From contig CAMOIP010000004.1 in assembly GCA_946616195.1 (NCBI GenBank), forward strand, positions 5,108 through 69,107: a stretch of DNA of 64,000 nucleotides. The letters run 5' to 3'. Numbering within the stretch: position 1 is the stretch's first letter; the number at the start of each line of letters is the position of its first letter. The position numbers and the translations under genes were made by a program. The notes below the pieces were generated by a model. That model was not told the origin of the DNA, did not search any database, and saw only the letters and a program-made list of their open reading frames with translations. Shown here one piece after another: positions 31,285 through 39,756 of the stretch. This DNA is from an uncultured Clostridia bacterium. GTDB lineage: Bacteria; Bacillota; Clostridia; Oscillospirales; Acutalibacteraceae.

Positions 31285-32785
31285 TATAACTTTCCTTAAA
31301 TTCTAAAATAGAACTTACCAAGGCTCTTTCGTCGCTTTCATCCATATTGCCTGAGGTGTTTATTTTTGATGCCGCAGCAGAAGAGTCGGTTTTAACATAT
31401 TCAAGCATAAGAGAACAAAACTTTTTAAGATTTTTAAGTTCAATATCTTCAAATACACCTGTTTTATAGGCGAGTAATAACGCCGTTTCTTCAAAATTGC
31501 TGTACGGTTTTGATTTTTCTTGTTTAAATAATTCGGTTAAAACGGCACCTCGTTTTAACATTTTAGCCGTAGTTACATCAACATCACTGCCAAAACGGGC
31601 AAAAACTGCCATTTCTCTGAATTTTGATAATTCAATACGCAGAGTACCCGAAACCTTTTTCATAGAATTGCTTTGTGCGGCACGGCCGACACGGGAAACC
31701 GAAAGACCCGTGTTAATGGCAGGTCTGATACCGCTGTTAAACAACTCGTTTTCAAGGTATATCTGACCGTCTGTGATTGAAATTACATTAGTAGGAACAT
31801 AAGCCGAAATGTTTCCGCCCATTGTTTCAATAATAGGCAGAGCGGTAAGAGTACCGCCACCCAAATCTTTTGAAAGACAGGCACTTCGTTCCAAAAGTCT
31901 GCTATGAAGATAAAATATATCACCCGGATATGCTTCTCTGCCGGGCGGTCTGTGAAGAAGCAGGGACATAGTTCTGTATGCAACAGCGTGTTTTGACAAA
32001 TCGTCATAGATAACAAGAACATTTTTTCCGTTTTTCATAAAATGTTCGGCAATGCTTGTGGCTGAAAAAGGCGATAGATACTGCATAGCCGGTGAGTCGG
32101 AAGCGGTAGAAACGACAACGGTTGTATATTCCAATGCACCCTTGCTTTTAAGCGTATCAATAACAGAAGAAACGGTTGAAGCCTTTTGACCTATGGCACA
32201 ATAGATACAAATAACATCAGAGTCTTTCTGATTAAGTATAGTATCAATAGCAATAGAGGTTTTACCCGTTTGACGGTCGCCTATTATAAGTTCACGCTGA
32301 CCCATACCTATAGGAATCATACTGTCAATAGCAAGAATACCGGTTTTAAGCGGTGTATCAACAGGTCTGCGTTCGATTATTTTAGGTGCAGGTTGTTCTA
32401 AGGCACTATATTCGTTTGCTATAAGTGGTCTTGCGTCAAGAGGTCTGCCGATAGGGTCTACAACCCTGCCTAAAAGTTCGTTCCCGACAGGCACTTCGGC
32501 GACTCTTCCCGTGCCGATAACCGTATCGCCCTCGGAAACTGTATCTCCGGTATCTAATATAACAGCACCCAAACGGTTCTCTTCAAGGTCAAGAACCATA
32601 CCGTAGGTTCCGTTTTCAAAACGCAAGAGTTCACCGTATTTCGTTTCTGGCAGACCGCTTATACGGGCAACGCCGTCGCCGGTTTTGATGACCGTTCCGT
32701 ATTTATATTTAATAGTTTGAACTGTATGTTCAGAAAGTCGCTTTTTCAGAAAAGCACTAATGCCTTCGGGCATATATTCGGACAT
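31277..32785 (-). CDS. atpA: F-type ATP synthase alpha subunit
   Basis: It has GDRQTGKT and ALPIIETMGGNISAYVPTNVISITDGQIYL, 502 aa. Confidence 0.95.
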
Positions 32786-32806
32786 AATTTGCCTCCGATA
32801 AAACTG

Positions 32807-33022
32807 TTATTCGGTAATAACCTTTTTAACCATATTTAACTTGGAACGGATGGTAGTGTCGTAAACAATACCGTTTGCTTCGGCAATAAATCCGCCGATA
32901 ATTTTTTCGTCCGTTTCCTTTAAAAAGGTAATATCGTTTCCGTATCTCTTTTTAAACCCTTCACAAATTTCATTGTAGGTTTCGTCGGTTATATTTGCAG
33001 GTACGGTTATGGTAATAGTCAT
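32807..33022 (-). CDS. atpH: F-type ATP synthase delta subunit, C-terminal domain only (71 aa)
   Basis: It lies between atpF and atpA. The sequence matches only the delta/OSCP C-terminal domain (..DEKIIGGFIAEANGIVYDTTIRSKL). It overlaps the atpF stop (ATGA). Confidence 0.6.
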   Translation of the reverse strand: MTITITVPANITDETYNEICEGFKKRYGNDITFLKETDEKIIGGFIAEANGIVYDTTIRSKLNMVKKVITE

Positions 33023-33510
33023 ATATTTGCCTCGTCAAAAAATTCGTTGATTATTCTCTTTGTATCTTCTTCGTTTGTTTCTCTTTCGAGAATTTTTTCG
33101 GCTATATTTACTGCGAGTTCGGCAATTTCATTTTTAGAAGAGTGAATCATATTTTCCTTTTGAGATTTAATTTCCTCTGCTGATTTTTCCTCAATGATTT
33201 TAGCATTCTTTTTGGCTTCGGCAATTATGAAATCAGCATTGTTCTTTGCTTCTTCAAAGGTCTTTTGAGCCTCAATTTCGGCATTTTTCCGACTTTCTTC
33301 AATAATGGTGTCCTTGCTTTTAAGAGCTTCGTTTGCTTGGTCGAGAATTTTTTGAGCCTTTGAGGTTTCTTCGTTTACTTTGGCTCTTCTGTCATCTAAA
33401 AACTTGCGAACAGGCTTATAAACCAAAGCCTTAACAATCAAGAAAAGAATAACAATATTTAAAATATTGATAATTAAATCTACGACTGTTTCGGATAGAT
33501 TAATGTTCAT
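33019..33510 (-). CDS. atpF: F-type ATP synthase b subunit
   Basis: It has an N-terminal TM segment followed by a long charged helix (KPVRKFLDDRRAKVNEE..). Confidence 0.88.
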   Translation of the reverse strand: MNINLSETVVDLIINILNIVILFLIVKALVYKPVRKFLDDRRAKVNEETSKAQKILDQANEALKSKDTIIEESRKNAEIEAQKTFEEAKNNADFIIAEAKKNAKIIEEKSAEEIKSQKENMIHSSKNEIAELAVNIAEKILERETNEEDTKRIINEFFDEANI

Positions 33511-33523
33511 TGCAACTTACCTC

Positions 33524-33733
33524 TTATTTTACCGCAAGAACAAGTGCGATAACGAATGCATAAATTGCGGTTGACTCTGCAAGAGCACAACCCAAAAGAA
33601 GAATAGAGTTGATTTTACCCGAGGCTTCAGGCTGACGAGCCACCGATTCAACGGCCTTTGCTGTTGCCATACACATACCGAATCCTGCTCCTAAAGCAGT
33701 CAACATTGCAAGTCCTGCACCAATAGCGTTCAT
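33524..33733 (-). CDS. atpE: F-type ATP synthase c subunit with Na+-type ion-site motif
   Basis: The 69-aa hairpin protein has [11 protein letters not shown] in the loop and helix 2 [11 protein letters not shown] (E-S-T..Y). Confidence 0.92.
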   Translation of the reverse strand: MNAIGAGLAMLTALGAGFGMCMATAKAVESVARQPEASGKINSILLLGCALAESTAIYAFVIALVLAVK

Positions 33734-33761
33734 AAATTTTATCTCCTTAAATTAAAAATCT

Positions 33762-34655
33762 TTATTCTATCGCTTCATTAATGAAGGTCATAGACAAAAC
33801 AATAAATATATAGGCTTGAATTATAGGGTGGAATAGATTAAAGTAAATTCCTGCAACAGCCGGAATACCGGTTGCGTATCCGCCGAGAGCAGACTTTAAA
33901 AGGTCCATAACTATCATTCCGCCGAGCATATTTCCGAAAAGACGACATGCAAGTGAAACGGGGACTGCTATATCGCTTAGTATTTTCATAGGAAAAACAA
34001 GAGGGGTAGGCGACGCCATTCCCTTTATTCTTCCGCCGATACCTTTTTTCTTTATTCCAAAGAAATTTATGAGAGCAAATGTAATTATTCCCATTGCAAA
34101 GGTAGTAACTATGTCGGATGTCGGAGCCCTTAAACCGAATAATTCACTTGCGGCGGAAAATATCATAAATACGCCGAGCGTGAACATATACGGTGCTAAA
34201 ACTCCCGAATAATCCATTAAATTACTCTTTGCAAACTTGTCCATTGATTCAACTGCAATCTCGAGCAGGTTTTGTATGCCCTTAGGGTTATCAAATGTAA
34301 ATTTTGGGAAAATAAAAAACCTGAAAACAAGCGATAACACCAAAACTATTGCAGTAATACAGATGGAAATTACAGATGTTTCGGCAAGTGAAAACCCGAA
34401 AATATTTAATCTCTCACTAAGAAGAGAAAACTCAATTTCAATACCGCTTTTTTTGTTGCTTATTACAGAAATTAAAGTTCCGATAAGGAACCAACCCCCG
34501 AATAGCGTTAAAACGGTAAAGAGTCTTTTGCGTTTCTTTGCTTTTTTAGGGTCGTCGCCTACTGCTTTTGAAGATTTTGAAAAAGCAAGACCGGCAATTC
34601 CCAAGGCAAGACAAATTGAAGAAACGCAGATTTCAACAACATTCAAGAATCCCAA
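33762..34655 (-). CDS. atpB: F-type ATP synthase a subunit
   Basis: It has the conserved Arg helix LACRLFGNMLGG. At 297 aa it has an extended N-terminus. Confidence 0.9.
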   Translation of the reverse strand: MGFLNVVEICVSSICLALGIAGLAFSKSSKAVGDDPKKAKKRKRLFTVLTLFGGWFLIGTLISVISNKKSGIEIEFSLLSERLNIFGFSLAETSVISICITAIVLVLSLVFRFFIFPKFTFDNPKGIQNLLEIAVESMDKFAKSNLMDYSGVLAPYMFTLGVFMIFSAASELFGLRAPTSDIVTTFAMGIITFALINFFGIKKKGIGGRIKGMASPTPLVFPMKILSDIAVPVSLACRLFGNMLGGMIVMDLLKSALGGYATGIPAVAGIYFNLFHPIIQAYIFIVLSMTFINEAIE

Positions 34656-34675
34656 ATAATTTCATCTCCGAAAAA

Positions 34676-34939
34676 TTATTGTTTTTTTATAAACGAATAG
34701 TAGATAAAAAGAGTTATTGCGGTAAGAGGCATTCCTGCTGCAAAACCGCAAAGGCAGAATACGGCAAACTGCATATATTTAAACATAAACAGTGCTATTG
34801 CAACACCGTATAAAACAAATTTGAGAAAGAAGAGCCCAAAACTTTTTCTTCTATTGCCGGATGTTATCGCCGACATTAAGTTTTTAAGCAAAAATGTCTG
34901 CAATACAGCAAATAAAAAACTGATAATTAAAGCAATCAT
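34676..34939 (-). CDS. Small membrane protein at the head of the atp operon (AtpI/AtpZ-like)
   Basis: It is hydrophobic, 87-91 aa, and is the first cistron of the operon. GGTGA lies upstream of the second ATG. Confidence 0.5.
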   Translation of the reverse strand: MIALIISFLFAVLQTFLLKNLMSAITSGNRRKSFGLFFLKFVLYGVAIALFMFKYMQFAVFCLCGFAAGMPLTAITLFIYYSFIKKQ

Positions 34940-35045
34940 AATAATCACCATTTTCTACAAAAACATAAAATGCGATAAAAAAGACCTTACCAGGAAATTT
35001 TTATATCGCATTTATTTTAGTAACTTTTTATAAGAGGAAGAGAAA
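34940..35045 (-). promoter_or_regulatory. Conserved leader element copy B, upstream of the F-ATPase operon
   Basis: It matches copy A (23003-23108): TTTCTC..CCTYTTATAAAAAG..ATGCGATATAAWAAT..TTTTTTYATCGCATTTT..GAAATGGNGATTATTATG. Confidence 0.55.
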
Positions 35046-35073
35046 TTTTTATATTTGCGGTATAGTTTTGAAG

Positions 35074-35583
35074 TTATTTTAAAGGGTCAAAAATCGAACT
35101 TTGTTTATTAAGCAAAATATAAAAAGGAATTCCAAGACCAAGGCAGATGACTATTTCGCCTAAACCAACCCATAAAGCATTTATAAAAAATGCAGAAGGG
35201 GTATTTTCAAAGATAAAAGAAATTTCATAACCTACGATAACCGCATTGCAGATAACAGGTGCTAAAAGCGATAAAAACGGTATTCCGAAGAGTTTGATTT
35301 TTCTGCATAAATATGTAATTATTGAGGCAATCAGAGTTGCCGATGTTCCTATAATCATATCAATAGGGTTGAAAGAAGCAATATTTCCGAGAATACAACC
35401 TATTGTAAGTCCGGGTATTGCATAGGGGGTGAAACACGGCAGAACGGTTAAAACTTCCGAAACTCTGAACTGAACACTTCCGTAAGCAAGACCGAAAAAT
35501 GCACTCAAATAAGTAAGAGCGGCATAGGCTGCGGCAATTATTGCCGAAAAAACTATTATTTTAATATGCTTTTGTCTATTCAT
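35074..35583 (-). CDS. queT: Queuosine precursor transporter QueT
   Basis: The 169-aa membrane protein has [13 protein letters not shown] and a QueT-like topology. Confidence 0.78.
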   Translation of the reverse strand: MNRQKHIKIIVFSAIIAAAYAALTYLSAFFGLAYGSVQFRVSEVLTVLPCFTPYAIPGLTIGCILGNIASFNPIDMIIGTSATLIASIITYLCRKIKLFGIPFLSLLAPVICNAVIVGYEISFIFENTPSAFFINALWVGLGEIVICLGLGIPFYILLNKQSSIFDPLK

Positions 35584-36040
35584 CTTTTTGTCCCTTTAAA
35601 TCTTTATAAAATGCTACTGCAAGAGCATCGCAGCGTTCATTTTCGGGATGACCTGCATGTCCTTTAACCCATTTAATCGTTACATCGTGTTTTTTTAGAA
35701 GATTTAAAAGATTTTCCCATAAATCGGGGTTAAGGGCAGGTTTTTTATCGGACTTTCGCCAATTGTTGGCTCTCCACGATATTGCCCAGCCGTTGTTAAT
35801 TCCGTCGGCAACATATTTTGAGTCGGTTGTAAGGGTAACTGTGCAAGGCTCTTTGAGTGCTTCAAGGGCTTTTATACAAGCAGTGAGTTCCATACGGTTG
35901 TTGGTAGTGTTTATCTCGCCGCCTGAAATTTCTTTTTCACGGTTTCCGAAGCGAAGAATTGCACCCCATCCACCGGGTCCCGGATTGCCGGAACAAGCAC
36001 CGTCGGTAAATATTTCTACAAATTTTTGCATATTTACCAT
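35576..36040 (-). CDS. rnhA: Ribonuclease HI
   Basis: It has [24 protein letters not shown] and [15 protein letters not shown]. The start is ATG at 36040 or 36031. Confidence 0.9.
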   Translation of the reverse strand: MVNMQKFVEIFTDGACSGNPGPGGWGAILRFGNREKEISGGEINTTNNRMELTACIKALEALKEPCTVTLTTDSKYVADGINNGWAISWRANNWRKSDKKPALNPDLWENLLNLLKKHDVTIKWVKGHAGHPENERCDALAVAFYKDLKGQKDE

Positions 36041-36630
36041 TATGAATACTTTCTGTGGCAGCCGATAACCTTGCCTAAAACCGAAGGTTTTTCGGGATAT
36101 ATAGGCTCAAAATCAGGGTTTTCAGGCATAAAAATCACCTGTCCGTCCTTGATTAACAGACGCTTGACAGTAGCACTGTCGCCGTCCATACCGATAATAA
36201 TATCTCCGCTTTTGCAAGGCTTATTTTTATCGGCAATAACAATGTCGCCGTCTAAAATACCGATGTTTTTCATACTAAGCCCCGAAACTCTTAAAGCGAA
36301 GAGCCCTTCGGCAGTTTTGGTAGGATAGGGGATATAGTCCTCTATTTCCTCTATTGCTAAAATCGGTTTACCGGCAGTAACCCGACCTACAAGCGGGACA
36401 AAAGAAGCATTAAAATCATTTTCAATTCTGATGGCTCTTGAAAATTTAGGGTCCCTACTTATATAGCCGTTTTCCTCAAGAATATTCAGTATTCCGTGAA
36501 CCGTTGAGGTAGACTTTATACCCGTAGCCTCACAAATTTCCCTTACGCTCGGCGGAATACCGTCTGAGAGTTTTTTGACTAAAAACTGATAAACCGATTG
36601 TTGCTTTTCGGTAAGCGGAACTCTATCCAT
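36040..36630 (-). CDS. lexA: LexA repressor
   Basis: It has an N-terminal wHTH ([21 protein letters not shown]), the cleavage-site region, and S24 peptidase Ser/Lys (GLSM .. VKRL). Confidence 0.9.
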   Translation of the reverse strand: MDRVPLTEKQQSVYQFLVKKLSDGIPPSVREICEATGIKSTSTVHGILNILEENGYISRDPKFSRAIRIENDFNASFVPLVGRVTAGKPILAIEEIEDYIPYPTKTAEGLFALRVSGLSMKNIGILDGDIVIADKNKPCKSGDIIIGMDGDSATVKRLLIKDGQVIFMPENPDFEPIYPEKPSVLGKVIGCHRKYS

Positions 36631-36664
36631 AGTCCTTCTCCCTTAAACGAAAATATTATTGTTA

Positions 36665-36693
36665 ATTATATCACGGACTAAAACCTTTTTCAA
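36665..36693 (-). promoter_or_regulatory. lexA promoter (extended -10)
   Basis: On the minus strand it reads TTGAAA-17 nt-(TGA)TATAAT. Confidence 0.45.
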
Positions 36694-36694
36694 G

Positions 36695-37060
36695 TCATTT
36701 ATTTGTTATGAGGAGAGATATGATTTCTTTTATGCCTAAAATACACAGAAAAAGCCCGAACAGTTTTGCAAGGAGTTTGGCTCCCGTCATTTCTGCGAGG
36801 GAAACACCTATAAATATTCCCAAGATACCGCCTAAAATTATCGGAATTATCAGTTTGTATTTTATTTGCTTTTTAACCGAGTAGAGTATTACCGAAAACA
36901 GGGCAATAGGGATAAAGAAAATCAAATTTATACCTTGGTTTGAAAACTGTCCCTTGTTTTCAAAGAATGACAAATAAATAATAAGGACTGTTCCGCCACC
37001 AAGTCCCATACTGCCGAGTATTCCCGAAAAGAGCCCTGCAAACAGGGCGAGGATATTCAA
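36695..37060 (-). CDS. TauE/SafE (TSUP) family half-size membrane protein, second half
   Basis: It is 121 aa with 4 TM segments and a GGG..L motif. It overlaps the upstream half-gene by 4 nt. Confidence 0.68.
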   Translation of the reverse strand: MNILALFAGLFSGILGSMGLGGGTVLIIYLSFFENKGQFSNQGINLIFFIPIALFSVILYSVKKQIKYKLIIPIILGGILGIFIGVSLAEMTGAKLLAKLFGLFLCILGIKEIISLLITNK

Positions 37061-37434
37061 GATTTAAGCAGGTTTATACCTGCATAAATCATAAAACCGC
37101 CGAAAATACCTTTAAGAATTTTCGGCGATATTTTACTTAATATTCTACTGCCTATGAATGCACCGATTAAACCGGTAGGCATAAAAATTAAAGTGTCCTT
37201 AATGTTCACAAAGCCTTTGGATAAATATAAAAACGCAGAAAGTACGGTCAAGGGCAATATTACGGCTATTGCATTGCGATGTGCAGAATTTTGGTCTAAA
37301 CCTGAATGCTTTAAAAGAGGCACGGCAATCATTCCGCCACCTGCACCGAATAACCCGTTTATAATACCTATACTAATACCGACAAATACCTTTTTAATGT
37401 TTTCAATAAGTCTTTTATTAAGCAAAAAAATCAC
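37057..37434 (-). CDS. TauE/SafE (TSUP) family half-size membrane protein, first half
   Basis: It is 125 aa with 4 TM segments and GLFGAGGGMIAVPLL. Confidence 0.68.
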   Translation of the reverse strand: MIFLLNKRLIENIKKVFVGISIGIINGLFGAGGGMIAVPLLKHSGLDQNSAHRNAIAVILPLTVLSAFLYLSKGFVNIKDTLIFMPTGLIGAFIGSRILSKISPKILKGIFGGFMIYAGINLLKS

Positions 37435-37452
37435 CGAGGATATTTTGCCCTT

Positions 37453-38529
37453 TTATTTCAGTATTTCCTCGCAAAACTCTTTTGTATATTTTTCCAGACT
37501 TTCAAAATCCATGCTTTCGATATAATATTTTTCCAAAACATCGTGTGAGTTTTTGGCTTTTTTAAGGCTTTCTATCGCAGAAAACAGGAATTTATTCTTA
37601 ATCTTTTCGTTGAATGAAAGTTTTGCCTTTTTGGTATGCTTTACCGAAAAATCGGTAAATCTTCTTGAGTGTATTCTTTTAGAGGTTGTTTCAAATTTTA
37701 TGAAATCATTTTCGGTAACTACCGCAAAATCAAGGCTTGGTATAATGATATGGTCGATTAGTCTGCCCGGCAGGAACGGATTTTTAATTGTGATAATATC
37801 GTATCCGTTTTTGAGGGCATATTTTCTGATATATTCGGTAACAATACCCGAAAACGCACCGTATTTATCTTCAAGCACTAAAATGTTTTTGATGTTGTCG
37901 GTAACGGTTTTAGGGAAACTCATAATTCCTTTCGGAGTAATTCCCTGCAAAAACCGTACGGTTTCGGTGCCTGATTTTCCGTTTCTTTCCTTGATGAATT
38001 TTCTTGCGGTTTTATTCGCTAAATCGGCTACTTTCTCACTTTTTGTGTACGAAACAGCGGTATTTAGACTGTCTTTTGCTATTTCTCCGCAAATTGAAAG
38101 ATATAAAGAAACGGTTTTATGGAAAGATTTGTTTATATTTGTCGCATTTATAATATCTATTCGTTTGCTTCTTAAATGTTCGCTGTCCCAAAATCTGCCG
38201 AGGTCAACAATATTTTCGCAGGTTCCGGGATATTTGGGCTCTACAATATGCGGAGCAGTACCGTCTAAAATTACGATTTTTTTCTCGTCTATAATTACTC
38301 CGTCAAGCGAGTCGGGGTCGGAAGAACAGTGGCATAAATGAACGGTATAGCCCTTTTCTATTGCCCTTATTGCAACATATTTCATAAGCGAAGATTTTCC
38401 CGTACCCGGACCGCCTTTGATAATATATGTCTTGTAACCGCTTTCAGCACTGTAACTGTCGGAAAAGTGCGAAACGAAACCCTCAAAAGAGTTTGCGGCT
38501 AAAAAATATCTGTCAAAACTTTTCTCCAT
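37453..38529 (-). CDS. P-loop NTPase of unknown function
   Basis: The 358-aa protein has Walker A GGPGTGKSS and a Walker B-like VILDGTAPH. The rest shows no recognisable domain. Confidence 0.6.
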   Translation of the reverse strand: MEKSFDRYFLAANSFEGFVSHFSDSYSAESGYKTYIIKGGPGTGKSSLMKYVAIRAIEKGYTVHLCHCSSDPDSLDGVIIDEKKIVILDGTAPHIVEPKYPGTCENIVDLGRFWDSEHLRSKRIDIINATNINKSFHKTVSLYLSICGEIAKDSLNTAVSYTKSEKVADLANKTARKFIKERNGKSGTETVRFLQGITPKGIMSFPKTVTDNIKNILVLEDKYGAFSGIVTEYIRKYALKNGYDIITIKNPFLPGRLIDHIIIPSLDFAVVTENDFIKFETTSKRIHSRRFTDFSVKHTKKAKLSFNEKIKNKFLFSAIESLKKAKNSHDVLEKYYIESMDFESLEKYTKEFCEEILK

Positions 38530-38583
38530 TAAACCTCACTCCTAAAAATAATATCCAAAACATAATATTCTAAAAAAACTGTT

Positions 38584-38612
38584 TTGACACAAAGAAGGTT
38601 TTATGTTATTAT
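38584..38612 (+). promoter_or_regulatory. rnpB promoter
   Basis: It reads TTGACA-17 nt-TATTAT, just upstream of the RNase P RNA 5' end. Confidence 0.5.
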
Positions 38613-38618
38613 TTAATC

Positions 38619-38947
38619 GGAGTCGACTACACGGTTGCGCAAACTTTTGTTTGTGAGGAAAGTCCGAGCCCCGCAGGGCAGAATAACGGCTAACGGCCGC
38701 CGAGGGTAACCTCAGGGAAAGTGCAACAGAGATATACCGCCAAAGTATTTTGGTAAGGGTGGAAAGGCGAGGTAAGAGCTCACCGTTTTCCGTGGAGACA
38801 CGGAAAACCTGTAAACCCTATTCGGAGCAACGCTGACTGTGGCTATACACCTGCCCGGTGTGCCACGAAGAGCGGCTTGAGCGTGAGAGCAATTTTACGC
38901 CCAGATAGATAACCGTGCTTGACAGAACTCGGCTTATTGTCGGCTCT
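38619..38947 (+). ncRNA. rnpB: RNase P RNA
   Basis: Universal blocks GAGGAAAGUCCGAGC and ACAGAACUCGGCUUA are present. P1 pairs GAGUCGAC with GUCGGCUC. The segment is GC-rich and a terminator hairpin follows. Confidence 0.9.
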
Positions 38948-39039
38948 TTTTTAGGTTTTAAAGCGAGAGTAGATAATTGCTCTCGCTTTAAAGGTATATT
39001 GCATAATGAAAAACTTCATTTTTACGAAAGAATGATTAT

Positions 39040-39600
39040 ATGGCAAATTTTACGAAAAAGGCAATAAAGGAAGCATTCATATCCCTTATAGAACAACGGC
39101 CGCTTTCAAATATTACGATTAAAGATATTGTAAAAGAATGCGGAATTAACAGAAATTCTTTTTATTATCATTATCAGGATTTGCCGTCGCTGATAGAAGA
39201 AATAATTAAAGAAGAGGCAGAAGCAATTATTGAAAAATATCCGTCTGTTTCATCTATTGTAGAATGTTTTGATGCAATAACAGAGTTTGCTTCGCATAAC
39301 AAAAAGGCTATTATGCATATATACCGTTCTGTAAACCGAGAGGTTTTTGAGAGAAATCTCATGGAAGTAAGCGATTATTTTGTAAGTAATTATATAAACA
39401 TTGTTTTGTCGGATGATAAATTTAATTCCCTTGATAAAAAAACGGTTATAACTTTTTATAAAAGTGTTTGTTTCGGTCTTGTTATGGAATGGCTTAACTG
39501 CGAAATGAGCGAAGATTTTTCAAAAGAAATACGAAAGATTTTTCTTATCAGAAAAGACTTTTCAAAAGAAATAGAAGATTTGCTTCAAGAACAACTTTAA
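39040..39600 (+). CDS. TetR/AcrR family transcriptional regulator
   Basis: It has the N-terminal HTH ITIKDIVKECGINRNSFYYHY, 186 aa. Confidence 0.85.
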   Translation: MANFTKKAIKEAFISLIEQRPLSNITIKDIVKECGINRNSFYYHYQDLPSLIEEIIKEEAEAIIEKYPSVSSIVECFDAITEFASHNKKAIMHIYRSVNREVFERNLMEVSDYFVSNYINIVLSDDKFNSLDKKTVITFYKSVCFGLVMEWLNCEMSEDFSKEIRKIFLIRKDFSKEIEDLLQEQL

Positions 39601-39619
39601 AATTTTATATTCGGTATTG

Positions 39620-39649
39620 AAAAAGCACGATTTTTGTCGTGCTTTTTTT
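39620..39649 (+). terminator. Intrinsic terminator after the TetR gene
   Basis: The stem AAAAGCACGA-ttttt-GTCGTGCTTTT is followed by a T-run. Confidence 0.65.
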
Positions 39650-39756
39650 GGTCATTTTTATATCCGTGCCTAAATTTACGACACGAGTACAAAAGTGTAT
39701 ATTTTAAGTTATTGCTATTTTAAATATAATATTCCTGTAAAAAAAGGAGGAATACT

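Noticed and set aside
34237-34659. A 140-aa plus-strand ORF inside atpB, and similar antisense or alternative-frame ORFs elsewhere (for example 21711..22037, 29371..29712, 30371..30685, 52628..53071, 53573..53998, 15575..15949, 8056..8346).
   Set aside because: All are nested in or antisense to genes with strong family signatures. None has an SD, and their composition mirrors the complementary codon usage.
35576-35590. An expected preQ1 riboswitch upstream of queT.
   Set aside because: queT overlaps the end of rnhA by 8 nt, so there is no leader. The gene is apparently co-transcribed with lexA-rnhA.
36631-36664. A LexA (Cheo/SOS) box in the lexA promoter region.
   Set aside because: Only a degenerate CGAAAATATTATTG is present instead of CGAAC-N4-GTTCG. 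That is too weak to call from sequence alone.
37553-38341. A 262-aa ORF on the plus strand, opposite the P-loop NTPase gene.
   Set aside because: It is a shadow ORF fully antisense to a better-supported gene. It has low-complexity Phe/Ser/Leu-rich composition, no SD, and no recognisable motif.
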